DNA of 64,000 nt from Octopus vulgaris (Eukaryota): positions 100,068,001 to 100,132,000 of the forward strand of contig OX597821.1 of the NCBI GenBank assembly GCA_951406725.2, in the 5' to 3' direction. The number at the start of each line of letters is the position of its first letter. Within the stretch, counting starts at the first letter, position 1. Below are positions 53,475 through 64,000 of this stretch, piece after piece. Below the pieces are notes generated by a model, which did no database searches, was not told where the DNA came from, and worked only from the letters and a program-made list of their open reading frames with translations. Both the position numbers and the translations under genes were made by a program.

Positions 53475-54370
53475 TGCAAGGATGACTGTGTGGTTAAGAA
53501 GGTCACATTGCACCCACATGGTTTAGGGTTCAGTCCTAAATCGCGGCACCACGGGCATGTTTTTGTTTTTGTTATAACCCTAGATCTATCTGCTTTGTGA
53601 GTGTATTTGGTATTCAGAAATCATGTTGAAGCCCGTAGTACACGCACGCATATATGCGTGCGGTTGTTTGTTTCGTTGTTTGTTCCACACCATTTGGCAT
53701 CGAGGGTCGATTTGTTCGAACAAAAGTGATGCTCCAGCATGGCCGTATTTCAATGACTGAAACAAGCAAAAGATATAACTAAACTTAATAGGACAGAACT
53801 TTGGTAGAATCGTTACCTGCTTCGGATAATATGTCTAGCATTATTCGTTCTGGATTAAGGCGGCGAGCTGGCAGAATCGTTAGCACGCCGGGCGAAATGC
53901 TTAGCGGTATTTCGTCTGCCGCTACGTTCTGAGTTCAAATTCCGCCGAGGTCGACTTTGCCTTTCATCCTTTCGGGGTCAATAAATTAAGTACCAGTTAC
54001 GCAGTGAGGTCGACTTAATCCTTTTGTCTGTCCTTGTTAGTCCCCTCTGTGTTTAACCCCTTGTGGGTAGTAAAGAAATAGGTATTTCGTCTGCCGCTAC
54101 GTTCTGAGTTCAAATTCCGCCGAGGTCGACTTTGCCTTTCATCTTTTCAGGGTCAATACAATAAGAGCCAGTTGAGCATTGGTGTTAATTTAATCGATTT
54201 ACGCTCTCCTAAAAAATTGCTGGCCTTGTATGGAGATTTGAAACCAATATTCCTCCTCTGTCCTTGTACTCTGATTTCAAATTCTGCCAAGGTCAACGTT
54301 GCAGTTATTTCATTTGGTGTGTCGTGGGGGGTGATAAATAAAGTGCCAGTCTAATACTGAGATCGATTAT
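53475..54370 (+). mobile_element. Diverged family B SINE (53475-53775) and family A multimer (53857-54370)
   Basis: Matches other copies. Confidence 0.8.
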
Positions 54371-56087
54371 TTTCACTTTCTCTTCATCATTGTCTCCCCT
54401 TCACAGAAAAAAGGACAGACTGGGGAAGATTGTTGAAACCTGGGTTCCACTACTCGGAAAAATCTTAAGACTCCGTTTGTAATGATGACGCTCCTACGGT
54501 GTCACAAGGAGTTGAAGGTCCACTTCTATCGCCATCCCCAGCATCATATTGCAAAGGCAGCAAAATGTTAAAAATTTTTTAGAGCATTGGATAGAACGAT
54601 TTGCGATATTTGTTTCCGCTGTCGGCACTCTGAGTTCAAATTCTCCCTCGGTCTACTTTGCTTTTCATTCTTTCGGAGCTGCTAAATAATAACCACAATG
54701 GAAGTGGATTCTTCTTTGTCACTAGATGAAAGAAATACCTCTGGCTGCTGATCGGCGGTGTTGTTAGAGTATCGCGCGAGACGCCAGTTCTCTGCGTCAT
54801 AAGTTTTAACCTCGTCTCCTACTGGTAAGAAACTGCCTTCGAGGCTCTATTTCAGGACTCAGTTAACGGTGTCAGACAAAACGAGAGGTTGGCTGAAGTA
54901 CTATCTTGGTGGCTAAAACGATCAAACCTCGAATCAAACATATTTATAAGATAGTAGTATGACCTCAATGAAATACATGAACAAATGGTAGTGCCCCACC
55001 GTGGCCATAGTTGGATGACTTAAACCGGTTAAAGAATAAATCTTCTCATGTGTGCTTATGTTCTAAGCATTTATTTACTATCATTATACTCTGGTGTCAT
55101 GTTGCGCAACCGCATTCGGATGTCAGTGCCCAGCCGTTGACTCAAACGTATGTTTTTGTAAGATAGATATGATATACAAACTGTGTAATGATAGAGCTGT
55201 AACAACAGAGTTAATATACAACCATTATAGACTTCATCCTCTCGGCAAAGACCTTTCTGGCATAACACTTTCAAATCAGTCTTCCATATTCTATAAAATC
55301 CAATCAAAATTTATTAGATTTTAATTCAGTAGTAGATCTTAACACAAGTTAAACCGAAGTGTTTAAGAGCTTGCAAAAGTGAAGTAGTAATTTGCAAATC
55401 AAGAAATGCTGCATAGTCTGCACAGCTGTTGCAGTTCTAAAGCAGAAAAAGAAAAAGAAAATGAGGAAACAGAGTTTAATAAACTAATATAAACATATTT
55501 TGAATTATAAAGCTACTCATAATGTGACTGGTTGCAACTTATAGAAATTTAGCAGCACAGAATAGGTGAATGATTCTTCACTTGGGAAAACAGCTTATTG
55601 TATGGAGAAGCTAGTGCTTTGAAAATATTTGATTATATTCGTTCATAAATGTGTGGCAATGACTATTGAATTTTATATTAACTGTGATGATGTCGGCTAG
55701 CATTTCTGCTTGTTTAAGCCACTACGATCAAAACTGAATTATACCCAATTCGGCTGGATACGTCGTTATTAGTTTTACGCCAAAAATCACAACTAATGTA
55801 ATATCCTGTGTCAACCATAAATTTTAAGATTACAATGAAAATAATTCTAATGATTTTATAATTTAAACACAAGGCCATATTCAATCGATTAAGTATACTT
55901 TTATATTGTGATTATTAACTTATTTTACTAACCCTGAACATATGAAAGGTTAATTTGAGGTGGTCGTTATTCGCGCTCCAGAACGCAGAGAAATGAATCT
56001 AAATACTGTTAAATATTCAATCCGATAGAGGATATTTCTGTCACTCTAATACCTCAATAATAATGATAATAACACTTTCTATCATAC

Positions 56088-56298
56088 TCTTTTACTTGTT
56101 TCAGTCATTTGAGTGCGACCATGCTGGAGCGCCGCCTTTAGTCGAGCAAATCGACCCCAGGACTTATTCTTTGTAAGCCTAGTACTTATTCTATCGGTCT
56201 CTTTTTGCCGAACGGCTAAGTTACGGGGATGCAAACACACCATCATCGGTTGTCAAGCGATGTTGGGGGGACAAACACATACACACAAACACACGCAG

Positions 56299-56351
<53 letters not shown>

Positions 56352-56420
56352 TACGACAGGCTTCTTTCAGTTTCTGCCTACCAAATTCACTCATAAGGCG
56401 CTTTGGTCACAAGGCTATAG
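56088..56420 (-). mobile_element. SINE family B
   Basis: Reverse complement of the family B tail and centre. Confidence 0.85.
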
Positions 56421-56699
56421 TATACAAAGATCTGGAAATAGAGCTAACTCGAATGAGGAGTCTAAAAACAAAAAAAAAAATTCTATTATTGTAGACTCAT
56501 TAGGTATGACAAAAAAACAAAAAAAAAAAACAAAACAAACGAAACATTCAGACAAATATGTAAGGAATACCTCAGGACATACAAGTATATATAGCCTTTC
56601 TACTATAGGCACAGGGCCTGAAATTTGGGGGAGGGGAGTAATCGATTGCATTGACTCCTTCGACTTGCATATTAAGAATATGTAGACTTGCCTAGGACT

Positions 56700-57661
56700 T
56701 GTTAAGAACGAAGAAAGCGCATCTGTTGTTTATGTAAGACCTCAGGTTGTGCGCCAAAATTGAATGGGTCAAGTTTCTTTTATTCAAACGCTATAGATAT
56801 TTAGCAAGGATATTGGTATGCAGCTTGATTGAGTAGTGTCCAGTATTGATAATAAAGAGATGCCGAATCATTAAATCTTATGGGATGATAATATCACAAG
56901 ATGCTATCTTCAGATCATTGACCAGGAATGAGGGATGCAGAGACGTAGGAATGATGCAGGATGATAAAATGATTGAAAAGAAAATGGGAAGAATTTTCTT
57001 CTATTTTTATCAGAGAGAAGTGTTGGAAAGTGTTGCTTAATGCGAAACTAAATGGAGGCAAAAGCAATCAGTGCTTGGGCCGTGGCAGTATTAAGGTGTT
57101 CTGCTCTCGTTTTTAAAGTGGACAAAGATCAGCATGAAATGAATAGAACTAGGAAGTTGCTCGCTATGCATAACGTATACCGCTGTAAACGAAATATAAT
57201 CAGATTATATTTAACAAGAAAAGAGGAGGTTTGTTGAATGCAGGAGACACCAGAAATGCTGCGATTTGGGGTTTTGAGAAAAGTGTGCTGTGCTAAGAGG
57301 ATTGGGGTGGGGTGGGTGGGAAATACAAGAAATATCGAAGAAATTATTGAATCAGTGAAAAATTTCAAAAGTAACAAGAACCACAGAACACATAGTTAGA
57401 AATAGAAAAGAAAAAAAAAACATAGATATTTCATATAAAAAATAGAGAAACAAACGAGAAAGATGGCGGTGTAGAACACTGCTTATAACAGAGAGATGGA
57501 AACCTGAGAAGAGCGATTGAATCACTAAATATAGCCGTTCAGAAACAAGCTGTTAGAACGAATTTGATAAAGAGACAGTTGATACCACTCAATCAGACAG
57601 CATAAATGTAGAATTTGCAGAAACATAGACAAGGTATTAACCATCTGCAGTCAGCACGCAC

Positions 57662-57665
<4 letters not shown>
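56700..57665 (+). mobile_element. Decayed R4/Dong-type LINE: RT C-terminal half to CCHC zinc knuckle
   Basis: IFSKDIGMQ...IIKR...KAISAWAVAVLRCSA...RTRKLLAMH...RLYLTRKE...QAVRTN...KCRICRN...INHL, with many stops and frameshifts. Confidence 0.85.
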
Positions 57666-57728
<63 letters not shown>

Positions 57729-59049
57729 TAAAAAAGCAGATGATGTAATAAAACGGAAAATATGGTAAAATACGACTGTTGGGCGCTAAGTAAAAGAAAC
57801 ATTGCAACCATTCGACTGTTTTACTCGACCTGTCAAAATTTGCTTCCAAAAAATTCAATTTCTGGACATTTGTTCGTTATCTTGTCCCGGTTTCTATCCA
57901 CCTTGTGGTGTGGACCACAACCAGATCCAATGCAACAGTTGACCACTGATCCAATGTTCTATGGCGCTGTTGAAATTCAAGGGGTTGTTTCTTCAATTGC
58001 CGAGTTACAAGGCCCCTAACTTGTTTAGATAACCATTCCGTATGTCTTTAGAACGATGCTGACCACCTCAAGTTCCTCGGTGTCCAAATCCTTTACTGTG
58101 ATATCATCTCAGATGCAGATACGGCTCCACCAAGTCTTAGTTTTCTAAGATTTCTTTCAGTACTTCAAGTTGCCGCAGCAGTAGCAAAAAGGGTTCGTAT
58201 ATACAGGATTGATTGGTCACCCTTGAAAAACCCGAGCTTGTAATTTGAAACAGTTTCAATAAATGGCTACTTAATTTAATCTCTGATTAGATGCCGCTCT
58301 ACATTAAAGCTATCCAGCTTCTAAAAACATGGTCGGAACCGGCTGCTCTGATGACAACCGCTTAATAGTGATGGCCGACATAATAATAAACTTACTTGCA
58401 GTTACCAACAGAAACAACATGAACAGAAGAGTTAAAGTAATAAAAGAACTTCACACAAAATTAATTACAGAGACCGTAAACATGAAACCCTTCAATAGAA
58501 ATTTGAAAATATACACGTGCACATATAATCATAGACCTACATTGTTTCTGTGTGTGCGTGTGTGGTTGTGTTTGTGTGCGTATGGGATTGTATTTGTGTG
58601 TGTGAGTCTTTATGCGTGCGTATCTACACACGCAATGTTTTCGTAAACATATTCTCACCTCTGGGTACTGACTCTATTACTAAAACCATTTCTGCTCATC
58701 TCTTCACGTTTGCCGTCATTTTTGTTGTATTTGAAAATGTATCTAGAACACGCAACTACACAATATATTTGTGCTTGTATTAACTTATAGTACTTCTGAT
58801 GCCATATGTATATCATGTATAAGCTTTTATTAATGGAAAAACGAAAGACAAAAACATTTTCTTCATTCTTCTTATTCTTCCTCAATATTTTTCTATTAGA
58901 ACTAAAATACACACCAATTCTTACTTTAAATTACACCAACATACAATACAATTAGGTCTGGTATATGTCGGACCAAAAGAGGAGCTTTTACGTTGTCGCA
59001 TGGCCTGCAAGAAATAACCACCAAATTTCCCTTAAGTCACTTGCAACGG

Positions 59050-59418
<369 letters not shown>

Positions 59419-59700
59419 TTCTTCGTCCACTATTGCTAAGAGGATCGTGGGTGTACAAACACCTCCTGCATAGGCTCCTATTAGAAGCAACCGTCATTAT
59501 ACTTTCTTGTTGGTCTCCCAAGTGTAACCAATGAAGGCTAAGGCCATTAGTCAACCATCTCATTTTTGGCTTGCCCCTAGGTTTCCTACCGTTTGTTTCG
59601 GCTTGAAGAATCCGACAAGCTTTTCACTCCTGCGACATTGTAATCTCATATCCGTAGTACTGGAGCTGTGACCTCTCAATAAGAAGAAGTAGCGGACCGA
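59419..59700 (-). mobile_element. RTE-clade LINE 3' end abutting the (TGGC)n array
   Basis: PLLLLIERSQLQYYG...MSQE*KACRILQAETNGRKPRGKPKMRWL... then GGACGAAGAAG(CTGG)n. Confidence 0.8.
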
Positions 59701-60570
59701 AAAGGAGAGATTGTCTTAATAAAAAAACCCCAAAAAAACATATTGGATAATGAAGCCATTTAAACAAAAAGTATGGCTGTCAATCACAAGCGAGTATGAC
59801 CTTGTAGTTTATATTTATTATTTAAGTGTTTATCTAGTCGTGAGCAAACAGAGATAGTCTCCGCTCTCCCAACCTTGTTCCTGCTAAACATACAGTTTAT
59901 GGTAGCTGGATGGTAAGGGAGCAGCACCAGCACTCAATTAGCACTACTTTCAGAGTGAGGCAACGCAAAATAGTGCTATTCTCGGGGAAGGGGGGGGGGC
60001 AACTCTCCACCTTGCCTAAGAACCGGACCAACAACCTTTTGATCTTCAACGCAACACGTTAACCACTAGGCTATATGCCTTTCAGAAGCCTCCATTTATA
60101 ACTCTCTGAAATAAAATAATTTTAAAAGAAAACCACGTTATCTGTAAACATGTTATGCAGACATTTTTTAGTATTTCCCCGCGGAAGAGTATTGCTATTG
60201 TTATATACGAAATCATACCTAGAGTTAAATAAAGCACACGAAATAACGCAACAAATAAATAAATGATTAAATAAATAAACGAAGTCTTGCAGTTGCCATT
60301 TCCAATTATTACGGATTACTAAGGATTATTTGTTATTTTCAGTTTGTATAACATAGTTATTTACAATATTATGTACAAAGATCGAGAGAAAAGCGTACAT
60401 GAGAGTGATTCAATCATCGATAAAACTTTATTGGCTAAGACAATGCCTCCAGTAACTTATCAGCTTTTCCATGGAGAAAGGTAGCTAGTTCCTTGTTCAA
60501 TCCTTCTCTATTTTTGCTTCAGAGGCCCTAGTTACAGCGTGAAGTAACCGACTCTTAGAGATAGATAGGC

Positions 60571-60639
<69 letters not shown>

Positions 60640-60679
60640 AAATAAGACAGAGTCAAAGAAAAAGAGACGGCAGGAGAAT

Positions 60680-61034
60680 AATCTTTTCTACTTTAGGCAC
60701 AAGGCCCGAATTTTTTGGTGGGGGAGGGGCCAGTCGATTACATCAACCGCAGTACGCAGCTGGTACTTAATTTACCGAAAGGATGAAGGGCAAAGTCGAC
60801 CTAAGACGAAATACATATTTCTTTGTTACCCACAGAGAGGACAAACAAGAACAGACATAGGTATTAAGTCGATTACATCGACCCCAGTGCGTAACTGGTA
60901 CTTAATTTATCGACCCCGAAAGGATGAAAGGCAAAGTCGATCTCGGCGGAATTTGAACTCAGAACGTAACGACAGACGAAATACCGCTAAGCATTTCGCC
61001 CGGCGTGCTAACGATTCTACCTGCTCGCCGCCTT
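60680..61034 (-). mobile_element. SINE family A dimer
   Basis: Matches family A. Confidence 0.85.
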
Positions 61035-61367
61035 AGTTTGGTGCTTTACTCATCGGTTCTAAACACAAAGGTCATATATACAGATAACCCAAGAAGCTAC
61101 GTCCATGCCATAATGCTTTCAATGAGAGTTGATTGCGTTCGCTAAAATCATTGCTGTATTATATAAAAGAGTTTTCTCTCCTTGCAATCTGGTCAGGTGA
61201 AATTTCGGCAAGTTTCTCCTTACGCAACAGGTCAGTGATGGCGAATCTGACACGCATACCAGCGGTGATATGTCACATGTTTTTGACGATATCCGATGGA
61301 TTCTTAAGAAACAAAATCACTCTTTAACATTAAGGCATAAAGAGCCCGCTGACAAAAAAAAATGTAG

Positions 61368-62260
61368 GTGCAGGTATGGCTGTGTGGTTAAGAATCCCGT
61401 TCTGCAAATTGGTGGTCTCGGGTTCAGTCTCATTGCGCAGCATATTTGGCAAGTGTCTTCTTCTGTAGCCCTAGGTCGATAAATATCCTTTGAGCTAATT
61501 TGTTGAGTGGAAACTGTGTGGAAGCCCGTATATGTGTATGTGTTTGTTCTATCACCGCTTGACAACCGGTGACAGTCTGTTTACCTTCACGTAATTTAGC
61601 AGTTCGACAAAAATGACCAATTCAATAAGTACCAGACTTTAAAAAATTTTAAAAATAAGTACTGGGGTCAATGTGTTCGACTAAACTTTCCAAGGCAGTG
61701 CTCCAGCATGGTCGTAGTTCAACGAATGAAACAAGTAAAGGAAAGAAGTGATAAAAAGATATTACATTTTAAAAAGTTCTGTTTTTCAGAGACATCTGAT
61801 AACAGTATTTTATCTTAAAACCCATTCATGAAAGTCGCTTACAAATTACCGAATTAACGTCTCGTCACTGTCCTCTCGTAGGCCAACATAATCTCTCAAG
61901 TGAATGATTTTAGCTTCCATTTTGTTTTCACTTGTTTCCTATTTCTTTTCTGATTTAAAAAATAATGGCACCATAGGCGCAGGAGTAGCTGTGTAGTAAG
62001 TAACTTGTTTGCCAACCACATGGTTTCGGGTTCAGTCCCACCGCGTGGCACCTTGGGCAAGTGTCTTCTACTATAACCTCGGACCGACCAAAGCCTTGTG
62101 AGTAGATTTGGTAGATGGAAACTGAAAGAAGCCTGTCGTATATATATATATATATATACATGTTTGTCCCCCACGCCCCCGTAACTTAGCGGCTCGGCAA
62201 AAGTGACCGATAGAATAAGTACTAGGCTAACAAAGTCTTGGGGGGCGATTTATTCGACTA
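61368..62260 (+). mobile_element. Two family B SINEs (61368-61745, 61976-62260)
   Basis: GGCGCAGGAGTAGCTGTG...CACCTTGGGCAAGTG heads. Confidence 0.85.
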
Positions 62261-62482
62261 AAGAATAAAATTGTTAATATAAAATTTAAAGAAAAGTAAT
62301 TGCGAATTAGAATTGGAGGAGTTTATGAGGTTGGTAGGCTGAAATGTAAGGTGTTGTCTACAAACTTGATAAGATCTTTTGTATGCCGGGCACTGGCAAC
62401 CTTTTTCGAGAAGCGGGCCGCATGAAACATGGATCATCATCAGGTGAATTGCACAGCTAAAAAGTTATTTATACGGTTTTAC

Positions 62483-62720
62483 TATTTTTCTCTCATTTAC
62501 TAGTTTCAGCTCGAGAGCTGTGGCCATGCTGGGGCATCGTCGTTAGTTTCACCACAATTCCATTACTTGAAACCTCCACTGATATGTGACTTTTGGTGAA
62601 TTAGGGAGTTTGATGTTGCTGCTCTCATTTGCATTTCCTGCCGCGAGGTGGGTTCATCCGGAACTCTTGACAGGAGGAGATCCAGTTTTGTTTTGATCAT
62701 CTTCCTTTCGGCGTGCCATT
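62483..62720 (-). mobile_element. CR1/L2-group LINE extreme 3' end
   Basis: KTKLDLLLSRVPDEP...RAATSNSLIHQ, then tail GATGCCCCAGCATGGCCACAGCTCTCGAGCTGAAACTAGTAAA. Confidence 0.8.
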
Positions 62721-63047
62721 TATAAAGCCCCCCACCCATAAATGGTTTAAAGAGTCTCAAATAAGTTAGATAAAGCCTACTGATAAACTAAACCTTGAAA
62801 TGTAAAAATGGTATTTAAACCGCAAGTAATGATATCTTATCTCTTATCTTTTATATTTTATTATTTACCTGTTGCAGTCATTGGATTGCGACCATACTAG
62901 GGTACCAACTTGATGGGTCTTAGTCGAAGAGATCGACACTACTATTTCTTTTTTTAAATGACTGTACTTATTATTTCAGTCTCTTTAGATGACGAACTGC
63001 AAAGTTACTGGCATATAAACAAACCTACATACGCGCCTGCATACATA

Positions 63048-63308
63048 CAGTCGTGGCCAAAAATTTGGAACATTGAAAAAATAAAAAAATAAAATTGTTA
63101 TGCCCAATTAGAATTCACTTCAAATATATAGAACGTAGATATATACTTACCTAATAGCTGACCCAATGGTTCAGTATCTTCTGATTGAACCATTGGGTCA
63201 GTTATTAGGTAAGCATATCTCTACGTTGTATACATTTGAATGGAATTGTACACGGACATAACAATTTTAATTTTCCAAAAAGATGTTCCAAACTTTTGGC
63301 CATCACTG
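63048..63308. mobile_element. Tc1/mariner-type MITE, fully palindromic, TA TSD
   Basis: TA|CAGTCGTGGCCAAAAATTTGGAACAT ... ATGTTCCAAACTTTTGGCCATCACTG|TA; internal arms also inverted. Confidence 0.88.
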
Positions 63309-63539
63309 TACACATACACGTACATATATATTTAAGAGCTACCTACGCAACGTTAAAATATGTGCAGGCTCTGTTCGTTTCTTAATGTAATTGTTTTCTC
63401 GAACTCAACAACAAACAAATCTTGGGATAAAACACACACACACACACACACACACAACCATACATACACACAGATGCATACATATATACTGGGATAGTGT
63501 ATATTACTCCGAAAGGAGGAGTATAAATCCGGTTTTTTA

Positions 63540-63890
63540 GTTTCTCTGGCGTTTACATTCCTCCCTGGATAGGACGCCAGTCCATCGCAAGATGACTTTT
63601 TACCAGCTGAGTGGACTGCAACATCGTAAAATGAAGTTTTTACTCAAGAAGACAACACATCGCTCGGTTCACAATTCTACGATCATGAGTCCAACACTCT
63701 AACCACTAAACCATGTGACCCCATACATATAATAATGTTTACGTTCTGAGTTTAAATTCCACCGAAGTCGACTTTCCCTTTCATTCTTTCCGGGTCGACA
63801 AAATAAGTAACAACAGAGTACTGGGGTGGATGTAATCTAATTACCCCTCCCATCAAATTTGCTGGCCCTGTGGTGCCAAAATTGGAAAGA
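63540..63890. mobile_element. Family C-related SINE (-, 63540-63725) and family A fragment (+, 63735-63890)
   Basis: Matches other copies. Confidence 0.7.
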
Positions 63891-64000
63891 ATTTTTATTA
63901 TATCACTTCCACAATCAACACGTAGTTATAAAGCGTGTGAACAAGTTAGTAATAAGCAGAAATACTTCTGGTGACAGTTATGAAAACCGAATGTAAAGAT

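Noticed and set aside
57870-58240. Possible LINE 5'/endonuclease relic on the minus strand
   Set aside because: Higher GC but no clearly readable motif
58396-58445. Signal-peptide-like FITLTLLFMLFLLVTA before a GTAAGT donor (possible first exon)
   Set aside because: An in-frame stop just upstream leaves only 8 codons from the next ATG; no other support

Overview
AT-rich, microsatellite-dense eukaryotic DNA. The repeat complement (tRNA-headed SINE families, RTE, CR1/L2 and Dong-R4 LINE relics, Penelope-like elements) points to a coleoid cephalopod, most likely Octopus; this is an inference from repeat content only. Only one convincing host coding exon is visible: a 68-nt minus-strand exon (31410-31477, GPPITVHGHILVRSMGPISERDM) with strong splice sites. 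It matches the conserved beta1/loop-2 exon of a GABA-A/GRD-like Cys-loop receptor subunit, so the whole window is probably two very large introns of that gene. Nearly all ORF-track entries are microsatellite or transposon artefacts. The main finding is a set of about ten type-I hammerhead-ribozyme (HHR) motifs from several unrelated Penelope-like repeat families. One is a composite element with a Pol III tRNA-like head between two inverted HHR-bearing arms. HHRs with intact cores lie mostly antisense to the host gene. The window also holds non-autonomous Helitrons, a SINE-interrupted mariner-type transposase relic, a Tc1 MITE, several long palindromes with symmetric mismatches and a LINE/SINE pair with a shared 3' tail. 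All calls were made by eye, without database searches, and repeat boundaries are approximate.
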